A program made the position numbers and the translations under genes. Source: Chiloscyllium plagiosum (lineage: Eukaryota). From it: a stretch of DNA of 64,000 bases. The stretch spans positions 45,606,229-45,670,228 of the forward strand of contig NC_057739.1 in NCBI RefSeq assembly GCF_004010195.1. Direction: 5' to 3'. Shown here in pieces: positions 1 to 12,768 of the stretch. The notes beneath the pieces are model-generated. The model searched no databases and had not been told where the DNA came from. It worked only from the letters and a program-made list of their open reading frames with translations. Numbering within the stretch: position 1 is the first letter of the stretch; each line of letters begins with the position of its first letter.

Positions 1-84
1 ACCCAATTTTTTAAAACAATATAAGCAGTTTTACTAAACAGAAAAATTTTTGGGGGGTGGGGGGGGGGGGGGGGGGGGGGGGAG

Positions 85-1790
85 GGAAGATTTAGAAATG
101 AGTGAAGTCGACGTTGTTGCCATGGGGTCAAAGGGTCACAAGGCAGAAGATGAGGCATATTTCCTCCAGTTATCAGTGGAGGAGGCCCAGGACTTGAATA
201 TCCTTGGTTGAGTGGGAGGGGAATTTGAAGTGGTTGGCCACAGGGCATTGGGGTTATTGAATGTGTGTGTCCAGAGACGTTTCCTGTAACACCCCATGAG
301 TTGGCATTCTGTTTCAAGAGCAATGGACGCAATAGATGAGGCAAATGGATGTGCAGGAAAATCTGTGTTGGATGTGAAAATATCCTTTAGGGCCTTGGAT
401 GGAGGTGAGGGGGGAGGTATGGGCTCAGGTTTTACACCTCTTGTGGGCAGAACGACAAGGTGCCGGGTGTGGAGGGTGGGTTGGAGGGTGGACGTAGACC
501 TAAAGAGGAAGTCACGGAGGGAATAGTCTCTGTGGAATACAGATAGGGATGGGAAGGGAGTTTTGAGATGGGAAGGGAATTATGTCTCTGGTTGTGGGGT
601 CTGATTGTAGGTGGTGGAAATAGCGGAGGATGATGTGCTGTATCTGGAGATTAGTGGGGCAGAAGGTGAGAGGGTTTCTGTCCTTGTTGCATTTGGAGAT
701 GTGGGGTTCAAGGGCGGAGGTGCGGGAAGCAGAGGAGATGCACTGGAGGGCACTGTTGATCACGCAGGAGGTAAAATTCTGGTCCTGGAAGTAGGAGACC
801 ATCTGGGATATCCTGAGGTAGAGTTGCACTTCCTGGAAGCAGATACAGCAGAGGATTTGGGTGTAAGGAATCGCATTTTTACAGGAGCGGGTGTGGGGGG
901 AGATGTAGTCCAGGTAGCTGTGAGAGTCGTGGATTTGAAATAGAGGTCAGTGTTGAGTCGGGTGCTGGAGATGGAGAGGTCCAGGAAGGGGAGGGAGGTG
1001 TCCGAGATGATCCAGATGAACTTAAGTTTAGTGTGGAAGGTGTTAATGAAGTTGATGAACTGATCAACCTCCTCATGGGAGCATGAGGTGGTGCTGAAAC
1101 ATTCATCAGTGTAGCGGAGGAAGAGGTGGAGGATGGTGCCAGTGTAACTGCAGAAGGTGGACTGTTCCACATATCCTATGAAGGAGCAGAAATTGCTGGG
1201 GCCCATGCGGGTGCCCATGGCAACCCATTGGTCTGAAGGAAGTAGGAGGATTCAAAAGAGATGTTGTTGAGGGCGAGGACCAGTTCCGCCAATCAAATGA
1301 GTGTCACTGGAGGGGTAATGGATGGGTCGGCAGGAGAGGAAGAAATGGAGGTCTTGGAGGCCTTCACCATGGCAGATGGACGTGTTGAGGAACTGGATGT
1401 CCATGGTGAAAGTGAGGGATGGGGGGCCGGGGACATGAAAGTCATGGAGGAGGTGGAGGGTATGAGTGTGTCCTGAATGTATGTGGGGAGTTCCTGGACC
1501 AAGGAGGACAGGAAAGTGTTGAGATAGGAGGACACAAGTTCGGTGGGGCAGGAGCAGACAAAGGCAATAGTTTGACTGGGGTAGTCAATTTTGTTAATTT
1601 TGCGTATGAGGTAGAATGGGGTGATGCAGGGTTGCGGAACTATGAGGTTTGAGGCTGTGGATGGGAGATCCCCTGAGATGAGGTTGTGGATGGTCTGGGG
1701 AGGTGATGGGAGGTGAGGTCATGGTCGAGGGGGCTGTAAGAGGAGGTGTCCATGAATTGGTACCTGGCTTCAGTGATGTAGAGGTCAGTG
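85..1790 (-). mobile_element. Degenerate Penelope-like retroelement (RT plus GIY-YIG region)
   Basis: Minus-strand frameshifted ORF pieces contain RT motifs GTRMGPS, FLRYTDECF (YxDD-like) and LPFLDLSI. The downstream VANHF-like segment near 225-243 resembles PLE endonuclease C-termini. Boundaries approximate. Confidence 0.75.
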
Positions 1791-2139
1791 CACCCCTCTT
1801 GCCCGCTGGTTTAATATCTATAGCCACATGTAGAATAGAAATAGATGGCAGATTCTCTCCTGAAAGAGCATTAATAAACCAAATGTGCCTTTACAACAAT
1901 CAGTGGTAGTTTCATGATAGTTCATTGCAGGGATTAGCTTCCAATTTCAGATAAATTGATTGTTAGCTGCCCTGGTTGGATTTGAAGCTATCTCCCCAGA
2001 CCATTAACCTGCACCCCTGGATTACAGTAATATTACCAATCTGTCACCATCTTCCTCCAGCACAGCTCCAGGACTTTGCTGCAAGACTTCTCAAAATAGC
2101 ATCAAAAACTCAATAATTGTCAAATTGTCAACATTTTCA

Positions 2140-2880
2140 TCAATGACTTCCATCATAACTCAGAGTGGGATGTTTTAGTGATAATTGTAAAGTTAAGTAC
2201 CATTTCCAACTCCTCAAATAGTGGAGCATTCACTTTGTGTGTAACAAGACCTGGATATCATTCAGCGTGGAGTCATTGGTGGCAATTAAAACTCATATCA
2301 TATGTGTGTGAAGGAGTGACCATCTTCAAAAAGCGAGAATATAACCAATTCTCCTTGACACACAATCGGATTATATCACTAAATCTCACCTATCATAATA
2401 ATTTTGATCATCAGTAAAGGATATTCTATTCTATTTTATTCATTGACCAGAAATATGTCTAATTCAGCCACATAAATATAGTGACATAAATACAGCAGCA
2501 GGTTAGGAGCTAAGTAACTCAATCCCAAACCCTGTCCATCATCTAACAATGTTCCACAGCAACCCTCCAGGCTCCTTCTCACGGCGTTTTTAAAGATCTT
2601 GACCATTATCACTTTGAAGAATGCGTGTAACAGATACTTGGGAATATTTCCAAATTCCATAAGACCATCTTAACTTGGATCTATATATTAATTTCTTTAC
2701 GGTCACTGGGTTGTAATCCTGGAACTCATTCCCAACAGCAAGGTGTACAGTGGTGTAGCTAAGTTACATGGACTGCTGCAGTTCAAGGCAATGGCTCACC
2801 ATCCATTTTTCAAGAATAATTAGGGCAATAAGTGCCTGCCTAGCCAGGGACATTTACATCTCATGAATGAACATAAAGTC
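2140..2880 (+). mobile_element. Old non-LTR retrotransposon (CR1/L2-clade) 3' fragment
   Basis: Decayed RT-like sequence ending in gttcaaggcaatggctcaccatcc...gggcaataagtgcc...acatctcatgaatgaa. The same tail recurs on - at about 32280 and 37660. Confidence 0.55.
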
Positions 2881-2901
2881 AGTGGCAAATTGTTATGGAC
2901 C

Positions 2902-2994
2902 TTCCTGAAGAAGGGCTCATGCCCGAAACGTCGATTCTCCTGTTCCCTGGATGCTGCCTGACCTGCTGCGCTGTTCCAGCAACACATTTTCAGC
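2902..2994 (+). mobile_element. Short Penelope-derived terminal-repeat insertion with hammerhead-like core
   Basis: Starts ttcCTGAAGAaGGGCtcatGCCCGAAAcgTC. Flanked by the 7-bp duplication atggacc (2895-2901 / 2995-3001). Confidence 0.8.
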
Positions 2995-3444
2995 ATGGAC
3001 CAGACCAGACCAAACCCCCTGCAAATAAATGAAGGGAAAGCCTTAAACCTTTTTAAAAATCTTATTTAAAGGCATGTGTAAGGTGCTGTGTTCTAGGTGC
3101 AATTTGATTGGTTAATTTTGATTGGTTTTAATCAAAACACACTTTAATCTTACTCCCAGTTAAAATACAAGCAAAAGAAAGAAGAATTGATAAGACTTTA
3201 ACTCTGTTGGAAAACTTAGAATAATAGATTATTTAACCACTAAACAGCATCTGTTCCAATATAATAACATCCCATAAACACAGCCTTGGCAAAGGCAAAG
3301 TCAGTAAAACAGATGGTTTCACATGTGATGCTGGCAGCAAAAAGAGAAAACTTTGGTAGGGAGAGAGAAACAGCTTCTATAGCCAATTTCAAAACCCACA
3401 ACAGCTGCTGAAGGCTAAGCTATAGCCCTGGTTGTGTGGGAGCC

Positions 3445-3539
3445 TTTCCTGAAGAATGGCTCATGCCCGAAACGTCGATTCTCCTGCTCCTTGGATGCTG
3501 CCTGACCTGCTGCACTTTTCCAGCAACACATTTTCAGCT
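3445..3539 (+). mobile_element. Short Penelope-derived terminal-repeat insertion (same family as 2902)
   Basis: Near-identical to 2902-2994. 17-bp TSD ctggttgtgtgggagcc (3428-3444 / 3540-3556). Confidence 0.8.
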
Positions 3540-3734
3540 CTGGTTGTGTGGGAGCCAGACTCCACCCATTCATGCAGCTTCTATTGTTCCAACTTTTAAC
3601 AAAACCTCCAAGGCCTCACAAGCTGTTTACTTTATTGGCTTGGAATAGACAGTTTACCACCTGTGGCTCAAAATTAAAAGAAAAATCTAAATACATCTCT
3701 TAAAGCCATAGTATTCTCACGCAATGATGAAAGT

Positions 3735-4040
3735 CAATGTGTGTGGGACTGTACCCCAGTGAGAGTCAGTGCGTGTGGGCGCTGTACCCCAGTGAGAGTC
3801 AGTGTGTGTGGGAGCCGTACCCCAGTGAAAGTCAGTGTGTGTGGGTGCTGTGCCCCAGTGAGAGTCAGTGTGTGTCTGGGAGCTGTACCCCAGTGAGAGT
3901 CAGTGTGTGTGGGAGATGTACCCCAGTGAGAGTCTGTGTGTGGGAGACCGTAACCCAGTGAGAGGCAGTGTGTGTGGGAGCCGTACCCCAGTGAGAGTCA
4001 GTGTGTGTGGGAGCCGAATCTCAGAGAGATTCGGTGTGTG
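3735..4040. repeat. 33-bp minisatellite (gtgtgtgtgggagctgtaccccagtgagagtca)n, about 9 copies
   Basis: Directly visible tandem units. The ORF track shows 11-aa periodicity (PSESQCVW..). Confidence 0.95.
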
Positions 4041-4258
4041 AGGCCTTATGGATGGGAACATATACTAGTTAGTGCGTAGTTATTTTCCTGAAAGACAGGG
4101 TCTGAGAGAAACCAGTCAGTGTACACATTGGAGTTTGTACCTTTTGTGTGTTCTCATGATGTTCCCAGTTATTTAACAATTGAGGACTACTCTCTATTAC
4201 AAATACACACTGGAGATGCCCTGAAGTGAAATATCAATTTTGTTGGTTTATTTTGCAG

Positions 4259-4375
4259 TTCTCGCAGCCAGTGAACGTATCATTCCAGTCCTGATCTCTA
4301 TTTTGAATTACCATGCTGACTGCTTGGAGGTGCAGGCTCAGGTGTCTCGGATACTCCTGATGTTTGCAATTAAAG
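4259..4375 (+). CDS. STKLD1: STKLD1-like internal coding exon (LAASERIIPVLISILNYHADCLEVQAQVSRILLMFAIK)
   Basis: ttttgcag acceptor and ag|gtagg donor, 117 nt, phase 1/1. Joins in frame with the next exon. ARM-like amphipathic helices. Gene name rests on synteny with REXO4. Confidence 0.8.
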
Positions 4376-4479
4376 GTAGGACAGTAAAACTCAGCAACTT
4401 GAAAGGGTTCAGAAAAGATTTACAAGTATTTTGACATGCTTGAAGGGTTTGTGCTAAAAGGAGAGACAGAACAGACTGG

Positions 4480-4870
4480 GGCTACTATCCTTAGAGTGTC
4501 GAAGGCTGACGGATGACCTTATAAGGCTTATAAAATCATGAGGGGCATGGAGAAGATAAATAGACAAGGTTTTTTCCCTGGGGTGGGGAGTCCAGAACTA
4601 GAAGGTATGGGTTTAGGGTGAGAGGGGGAAAGATTTAAAAGGGATCTAAGGGACAATGTTTTCACGCAGAGGGTGTTGCGTGTGTGAAATGAGGTGCCAG
4701 AGGAAATGGTGGAGGCTGGTACAGTTACAACATTGAAAAGGCATCTGGGTGGGTATATGAATAGGAGGTGCTAGCAAATGGGACTAGATTAGGTTAGGAT
4801 ATCTGGTTGGCGTGGACGGGTTGGACTGAAGAGTCTGTTTCCGTGCTGTACATCTCTATGAGTCTATGAA
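4480..4870 (+). mobile_element. CR1 LINE 3' end
   Basis: Decayed L..YKIMRG.D....LF-type RT C-terminus and a 3' tail ending (tctatga)n. Confidence 0.8.
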
Positions 4871-4944
4871 TCTAACTTAGGCCTGATTGTGTGCTTTTGA
4901 TCAACATTTCAAGTTTTTTTTCTAAGTTTAGTGTCTTATGGCTG

Positions 4945-6660
4945 GAAACATAGAAACATAAAAAATAGTTGCAGGAGTAGGTCATTCGGCCTTTTGAGCC
5001 TGCCCCACCATTCAATATGATCATGGCTGATCATGCAATCTCAGTATTCCACTCCCCCTTTCTCTCCAAACCCTTGATCCCTTTAGCCACAAGGTCCGGC
5101 TCCCTCTTGAATCTATCTAATGAAGTGGCCCCAATAGCTTCCTGGGGGAGGAGAATTCCACAGTTCACAACTCTGAGTGGAGAAATTCTTCCTCATCTCA
5201 GTTCTGAATGTTTTACCCCTTAATCTTAAACTGTGACCCTAGTTCTGGATTTTCCCAACATCAGGAACATTCTTCCCGCATCTAGCCTATCCAGTGCCAC
5301 CAGGATTTTCTATCTTTCTATGAGATCCACCCTCATTTTCTAAATCCCAGGGAGTACAAGCCCAGTTGATCAGTTTTTCTTGATATTCAATCCTGCTATC
5401 CCAGGAATCAGTCTGGTGAACCTTCGCTGGACTCACTCAATAACAAGAATGTCCTTCTTCAGACCAGGAGATCAAAACTGCACACAATACTCAAGGTATG
5501 GCCTCACCAAGGCCCTATGTAACTGCAGCAAGACATCCTTACTCCGATACTCAAATCCCCTCGCTATGAAGGCCAGCATGTCATTATCCTTCCTCACTGC
5601 CTGCTGTACCTGCATGCCAACCTTCAGCGACTGTTCCACCATGGCACCCAGGTCTTCTTGCACCTCACCTTTTCCTAAACTGCCACTGTTCAGATAATAA
5701 TCTGCCTTCCTGTTTTTGCCACCAAAGTGGATAACCTCACATTTATCCACATTATATTGAATTTGCCAAGTATTTGCCCTCTCAGCCAGTCTGTCCAAGT
5801 CACCCTGTAGCCTCTTATCATCCTCCTCACAGCACACTCCAACCCAGCTTAGTGTCATTTGCAAATTTGGCGATATTACTTTTAATTCCTTCGTTCAAAT
5901 CGTTAATGTATATTGTGAACAGCTGGGGTCCCAGCGCTGAACCCTGCAATACAGCACTCATCACTGCCTGCCACTCTGAAAAGGATCCATTTATTCCAAC
6001 GTTCTGCTTCCTGTCTACCAACCAGTTCTCTGTCCAAGTCAATACATCACCTCTGATACCATGAGCTTTAATATTGCTTACTAGTCTTTTGTGTGGGACC
6101 TTACCAAAAGCCTTTGGAAAGTCCAGATACATAACATTCACTGATTCAACCTTGTCCAATCTGCTGGTCACATCCTCAGAAAATTCCAGCAGATTTACCA
6201 AGCATGATTTCACTTTAGTAAATCTATGCTGAGTAGACCCAGTCCTGTCACTGCTTTTCAAATGCTCAGTTATTACATCCTTAATAATTGACTCCAGCAT
6301 TCTCCCCACCACCTATGTCAGGCTAAGCGGCCTCTAATTCCCCATTTTCTCTCTCCCTCTATTTTTAAAAAGTGAGTTACATTATCTATCCTGAAGTCCG
6401 CTGGAACTCTTCTAGATTCTATAGAATGCTGGAAAATGACCATCAATGCATCCAGTATTTCTAGGACCACTTCCTTAAGTACTGTGGGATGCAGAGCATC
6501 AGGCCCTGGGGACATATCAGGTTTTAATCCCATCAATTTCCCTAATACCAGTTCCTAACTAATATGGATTTCCTTCAGTTCCTCCTTCATGCTTGACCTT
6601 CTGTCCCCTAGCATTTCCAGAACATTATTTGTTTCCACCTTAGTGAAGACAGATCCTAAG
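4945..6660 (-). mobile_element. CR1 LINE ORF2 fragment (RT domain to 3' end)
   Basis: Minus ORFs contain YLDFPKAFGKVPH, QGSALGPQLFTIYINDL, KFANDTKLG and RPYLEYCVQF. 3' tail (tatgtttc)n. Confidence 0.9.
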
Positions 6661-6669
6661 TATTTGGGG

Positions 6670-6990
6670 TGGGGGGGGGTAAGTGGTTAGCACCTCACAG
6701 TGCCAGGGACCCGGGTTCAGTTCCAGTCTTGGGTGACTGTCTGTGTGGAGTTTGCACATTCTCCCTGTGTCTGCATGGGTTTCCTCCGGGTGTTCTGGTT
6801 TCTTCCCACAGTCCAAAGATGTGCATGTCATGTGAATTGGCCATGCTAAATTGCCCATAGTGTTAGGTGCATTAGTCAGGGGTAGAAAAGGGTAGGGGAA
6901 TGGGTCTGGGTGGGTTACTGTTCGGAGGGTCGGTGTGGACCTGTTGGGCCGAAGGGTCTGTTTCCATACTGTAGGTAATCTAATCTAATC
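6670..6990 (+). mobile_element. tRNA-derived SINE (HE1/V-SINE type)
   Basis: Pol III A/B-box head (gtggttagcac...gggttcagttcc), V-domain (tgtggagtttgcacattctccc...tcccacagtccaaagatgtg), tail ending (aatct)n. Confidence 0.85.
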
Positions 6991-7339
6991 AATGCATGTC
7001 TCATCCCATCAAAATTAACTTTGTTTAAGTTAAGGAAGAAGTGATCATGGTCTCAGGGCACATGATAGGCCATTTCAGACTGAGGTAAGGGGAACACAGT
7101 AGCCTGTGGAAGCAAACATCACTGAATACATTAAAGAAAGAAATATGTAGATTTTGGTGAAGTAGGAGTGCTATTGTATAAAGGGAGCTAGTGAGGCTAG
7201 AGAATCAGCCACAATCTCGTTGAATGGTGGATTGGCCTCAATGGGCTGAATAGCCTCCCTGCTCTTATTTTCCATGTTTTGAATGTTATCCAATCTGTTT
7301 CACCAGACCAAGTCAGTGAGAATGCTGCACTATTGATGA

Positions 7340-7510
7340 GTCAGTACTGAGAGTGTGTTGGAAGGGCAGTACTGAAGGAGTGTTGCACTGTCAGAAATGC
7401 TTTTTTTTTTGATATGATGAGAATCCCAAGCCACATGTTCTTTCACTTGTGAATGTAAAAACCACACAGCACTATTGAAAAAAAGCAGAAGAGTTTATCC
7501 TCGTGATATT
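7340..7510 (+). mobile_element. DeuSINE-like remnant
   Basis: cagtactgaaggagtgttgcactgtcaga...gtaaaa..cacagcactattgaaa resembles the conserved Deu domain. Confidence 0.5.
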
Positions 7511-7519
7511 TAACAAAAG

Positions 7520-8830
7520 GGACTGAATACAGACTTGGCTGAGTGGAATGAAACAGTGAGTGATGGGTAATAGATTTTATTTGGTTTGTAGTGGAGTTCC
7601 TCAGTATCAGTGCTGGGACCCTTGCTTTTCCTGATAGTTGTTAATGATCTAGACTTTGGTGTTCAAGGCATAATTTCAAAATTTGCTGATGATTCGAAAT
7701 CTGGAAGCCTTATAAGCTGTGACAAAAATGACAATAGCCAGTTTGGTGGAATGGGCAGACAAGTGGCAGATAAAGTTCAATGTGGAGAAATGTGAGATTA
7801 TTCATTTTGGTCAGAAAAACATGGATACATAAAATAATGGGCACAACTCTAAACTCTAGAGAACGGGGGGATTTGGATATTTATATGCATCAGCCATTGA
7901 AGATAGGGGATAGTTTAGGTGAAGAGCTAATAAAGCAGGTAACATCTTGGGCTTTATTAATAGGGGCAGGACCCAAGAACAAGGAGGATATGTTGCATTT
8001 ATGTGGAACACTAGTTTAGACTTAGTTAGAGTATTGTGTTCATTTCTGGGAACCACCCTTTGGGAAAGGTACAATGGCATTGAACAGAGTGCAGAAAGGT
8101 TCTAGGGCTGTGGAACTTTAGTTATGAATATAGATTGGAATTAGAAGTGTTTTTATTGAGAAGGCTGAGAGGAGATCTGGTTGGTTGAAGTCATCAAAAT
8201 CGTGATGGATCTGATAGAGCTTAGAAGAAACTTTTCCTACTTGAGAAAAGATCAAGAATAAGAACACAAATTAAAAGAATTAGGAAAAAAAGCAAAGTGA
8301 GATAAGGCAAAACTTTTTCCTAAGCATGTGATGAATGCAGCCCTCAGTTGAAACATTCGAGAGGGAATTAAACAGTTACGATTAGATTCCCTACAGTGTG
8401 GAAATAGGCCCTTCGGCCCAATAAGTCCACACCGACCCTCTGAAGAATAACCCATCCAGACCCATTCCCTATATTTATCCCTGACTAATGCACCTAATAC
8501 TATGGGCAATTTAGCATGGCCAATTCACCTGACCTGCACATTTTTGAACTTTAGGAGGAAACCGGAGCAAACCTGCACAGACACTGGGAGAATGTGCAAA
8601 CTCCACACAGACAGTTGCCCGAGGCTAGAATCAAACCTGGGTCCCAGGTGCTGTGAGGCAACAGTGCTAACCACTGAGCCACCGTGCCACCCAGTTATCT
8701 GAAAAGGAAGAAATGTGCAGGATTATGGGGAGAAGGCAGAAGAGTAGCACTAAGTGAATTGCTAATTTGGGAAGTCAGTATGAATATGATGGGCTAAGTG
8801 GTCTTCTTCTACACTGTAATATTTCTGTTT
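7520..8830 (+). mobile_element. Old CR1 LINE fragment interrupted by a SINE
   Basis: LGPLLFLIVVNDLDFG..ISKFADDSK in ORF 7610. Continues after the SINE at 8380-8692. Confidence 0.7.
8380..8692 (-). mobile_element. HE1/V-SINE
   Basis: Reverse complement of the 6670-6990 family. Confidence 0.85.
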
Positions 8831-8949
8831 CTTATCCAGTATTTATTCCTGACAAAACAGTGCACATGTCTGGCGTTATATAATTAGTGAGTGCATGTGA
8901 ATATTGAAGAAGTACTGAGTTGTCCTGATTATTTCTTGATTCCCTACAG

Positions 8950-9090
8950 CCACAGAGGACAGCGTGGAAGAAGGTATTTTATTCAGTGAAAATGTGATCA
9001 GTATTATCCTTTCAATAATGGCGTCACGGCACAAATGTGTGGAGCTCCAGCAAGTCCTCTGCAACTTTCTCATGCTGCTGTCAGGAAGTG
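8950..9090 (+). CDS. STKLD1: STKLD1-like internal coding exon (TEDSVEEGILFSENVISIILSIMASRHKCVELQQVLCNFLMLLSGS)
   Basis: ccctacag acceptor and g|gtagg donor, 141 nt, phase 1/1, open frame. Not in the ORF track. Confidence 0.82.
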
Positions 9091-9424
9091 GTAGGTTTGC
9101 ACACCGACACAGATCAGGTTCTTGTGTAGTGTAAGGAACAGAATCACTGAATCATAACAGCATAGGAGACCATTTAGTCCATCAGATCAATTCAGGCCAA
9201 TTCACCTGACATATTTCCACCATTCTACCCTATTACAGTACAAGTTATTTCCTTCAAATGCCCATCCTTTCCTTTTTGAAATGATTCATCACCTCCACTT
9301 CCACCACTCTCAAAGGCAACAGGGTTGGAACCTAGAAATACAAGTTGGCCATTCAGTCAATGGCGACTGCTCTGCTATTCTGTTAGATCATGGCTGGTCA
9401 ATTAACTCAACCCCACTTACCCAT

Positions 9425-9742
9425 GTTAGATTATATTCCCTACAGTGTGGAAACAGGCCCTTCGGCCCAACCAGTCCACAACAACCCTCTGCAGAGTAAC
9501 CCACCCAGACCCACTTCCCTCTGACTAATGCACCTAACACTATGGGCAATTTAGCATGGCCAATTCATCTAACCTGCACATTTTTGGACTGTGGGAGGAA
9601 ACCGGAGCACCTGGAGGAAACCCACGCAGACACGGGGAGAATGTGCAAACTCCACATAGATAGTTGCCCAAGGCTGGAATCGAACCTGGGACCTTAGTAC
9701 TGTGAGGCAGTAGTGCTAACCACTGAGCCACCATGCTGCCCT
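9425..9742 (-). mobile_element. HE1/V-SINE
   Basis: Same family as 6670-6990, reverse strand. Confidence 0.85.
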
Positions 9743-10569
9743 ATGTTATTTCCATGTTCCGTGATGCCATCAATCTGTCAGCAATCTATTTTGATTTATG
9801 TCTTGAACCTACTTATTGACTGATCATCCACAACCCTCTGCGGCAGAGAATTCCACAGATTCATCACTCTGAGTGAAGAAATTCCTCCTCATTCTCAATC
9901 TTATTTTTAAACAATATTCCCACGGTTCCATATTCACTAGTCATGGGATTTATCTTATCTATAAATACCCTACCAATAAGTTCCAAGACATTACCATTCT
10001 CTGTGGAAGATAAATTCTTTCTCACATCACCCATGCTTTTCTTGCCAGCTAAATCTGCATCCCTGTGTCCTTGTGCCATCAGGTAACAGGAACAGCTTTC
10101 CTTTGTCTACTTAACCTAAGTCTGCCATAATCTTGTATATCTTGATTAAATCTCTTCTCAATCTTCTTTGCTCCAAACCATTAGCTTCTGCCTCCTAACC
10201 TTTTGGGTTCTTTTTTCGTGTTAGTTGTTGTTGGGGCTGTGCTGGTTTGCTCACTTGGTTAAAATGTGATAAAGAGCGACACCAATTGCATGGGTTTGAC
10301 TCCCACTCTGATGTAGAATTGAGAGCTACTGCTTTGCTCTAACCTTGAGGACGGAAGGCAATGGAAAGCTCTGCCAAGAAAAGGGCCATGGAGGAAATAT
10401 TATTAGAAAATGTGCTGAGTACAGAGGACATAACATTTATGAAAACTGCTATTCTTTCTTATGGGATCTTTTTGCCAGTTCTAATCTCCTCTTCACCTTG
10501 CTCTCAACATATTTCACTTAATTCTGATTTCAAGAATTCACCTGACATGTTGTACTGTACATTCTTTTC

Positions 10570-11615
10570 ACAGAATCACAGAATGGTTACTGTGCAGAAG
10601 GAGGCCATCCAACTCATCGTGCCTATAATGGCTATTCAAATGAGCTTCATTACCTCATGCGAATCTCCTGCCTTTTCCCCATATCCCTACACATTATTTC
10701 TGTCTAAGTAATGAAACAATGCCCCTCTTGAATATCTCAATTGAACCTCACTGTGTGTAAGTTTTTTTTTCTCACATGCCTGTGTTTCTTCTGAAAATCA
10801 CTTTGAATGTGTGCCTTCTTGTTCTTGTTCCATTTACAAGTGGGAACAGCTTCTCTCTACCTACTCTATCCGGAGGAGAAAGTGAGGACTGCAGGTGCTG
10901 GAGATCAGAGCTAAAAATGTGTTGCTGGAAAAGCGCAGCAGGTCCGGCAGCATCCAAGGAACAGGAGAATCAACGTTTCGGGCATAAGCCCTTCTTCAGG
11001 AATGAAGGGCTTATGCCCGAAACGTCGATTCTCCTGCTCCTTGGATGCTGCCAGACCTGCTGCGCTTTTCCAGCAACACATTTTCAGACCTACTCTATCC
11101 GGCCCACTTATGATTTTGAAAACCTCCATCAACTTTCTTCTCTCCAAGGAGAACAATCCAAATTTCTTAAATTTGTCCTCTTAAGTTTCACATTCCTGGA
11201 ACTACTCTTGTTGATCACTTTTTGCACTTTCTCCAGTTCATTTACATCACTCATGTAATATGACACCTATACTTCAGCTGAGGTCTAACAACTGTATTTG
11301 TGCTTTATGCCCCTGTTAATAAAGCCAAGGACACTGTATGCTTTATTAACTGTTCTTTCCACCTATTCTGCCACCTTCAATAATCCGTGCACACACACAT
11401 CCAGGTGCCTCTGCTCCTGCATCTCCTTTAGAACTGTACCCCATATTTAATATTGTTTTTCAATGTTATGACCAAAGTGTGTAACCACTCACTTCTCTGC
11501 ATTGAATCAAATCTGCCTCCTGCCTGCCCACTCCACCAATTTATCAGTGTCCTTTCAAAGTTCTACATATCCTCCTCACAGTTTCCAATTCTTCCAAGTT
11601 TTGTGACATCTTTTA
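10570..11615 (-). mobile_element. Old CR1 LINE 3' fragment hosting a palindromic insertion
   Basis: FSLERRKLMEVFKIISG.DRVGREKLFPLV-type RT C-terminus split by the insertion at 10874-11087. Confidence 0.7.
10874..11087. mobile_element. Palindromic (fold-back) Penelope-derived mini element
   Basis: Two inverted arms of about 80 bp around a hammerhead-like core. 15-bp TSD acctactctatccgg (10859-10873 / 11088-11102). Confidence 0.85.
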
Positions 11616-12170
11616 AGGAGCTCTTAAAGACACTGTGATTCTTTGTGTGTGTATGGAACAGGCTGGATCTTTATTTTTTGAAGAATTGAAGAATGACACT
11701 TGATTTTACATCAGGAGGGGACTTGACAGAGCAGACACTGAGAGGATGTCTCCCCCTGTGGAAGAAACTGGAACTAGAGGGCATGGGAATAAAAGATTTG
11801 TTAGAGCAATGTGAGTCTGTGGATCTCTCTTACCCCAGAGAAGGTAGGGGGGGGTCAGTCATTGAATATTTTTAAAGAAAAGGTAGGTAGATTCTTGATG
11901 AACAAGGGAGACACAGGGTATCAGCAGATGGTGTTGAGACCAAAATCACATCAACTGTTATCTTGAAAGGACATAAGAATTAGGAGCAGCAGCCGGCCAT
12001 TCATCCCCTTGAGCTTTGATTTCAAAGATTCTTCAACTTATCCATCTTTTAGACCCAGGTTGACAGAAAGCATGAACCAGGTTTCTGTACTTAACAAGAA
12101 TAAATATTTATTGTAAATAAATTCTAACTGCAGATAAACAATATAACTCTACTAGCTAAAGCTCTACATA

Positions 12171-12768
12171 CAGAGGAACCTCGATTATCCGAATACCAAT
12201 TACCGAAAATCAAATTATCCGAAGGATATCTCGAGGTCCCGATAGAAACACTACATCAAAGACATGTTTCCAACAGTGATGGCATGTTTTGTTTACAGTG
12301 ATTAAACAGGCTCTGGTTCCAAATGATTGACCGCCCACCCTCTCTCTCTCTCCCCACAATTTCCCTGGAGTTCTACAGAGAGCTGTACCCTAACCCCACC
12401 CCCCTTCCCCAGATAATCTCTCCAACATTGTCCTGTACAGGGCAAATGTGGGACCTGCGGAAAAGTTGCAGTAAAAAGTTGTGTTTGGTTGTGTGTGCGC
12501 GCGCTATTTGGAGACTTACTCCATAAAGGCAGCTGCAGCAGCAGCAGCAGCACTCCTTTTGTTGTGGGGGCAGGGGGGCGGTGTTGGGGAGGGGTGGTGT
12601 TGGATGGGTGGAGCCTCGCACTGTGTGCTGCTGCATTCTCCTGAACGGGGAGCAGACGTTGAAAACGCTGAGCCCCAGAGGAAAGGCATTTAATCGATTA
12701 ACTGGATAATCGATTATCTGAACGAAATAGTGCCGGCACATCTCGTTTGGATAATTGAGGTTCACCTG
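12171..12768. mobile_element. Non-autonomous Tc1/mariner (Tigger/pogo-like) MITE
   Basis: TA flanks on both sides. TIRs CAGAGGAACCTCGATTATCCGAA and (reverse complement) CAGGTGAACCTCAATTATCCAAA. Subterminal ATTATC-type repeats. No transposase ORF. Confidence 0.8.

Noticed and set aside
52-81. 30-nt poly-G as a functional G-quadruplex
   Set aside because: Homopolymer at a transposon edge. Its length may be a sequencing artefact, and there is no further support.
2891-3720. Possible solo LTR hosting two mini elements (similar segments at about 12050-13200 and 56660-57200)
   Set aside because: TG...CA ends and TSDs could not be fixed with confidence by eye. Needs a repeat-library search.
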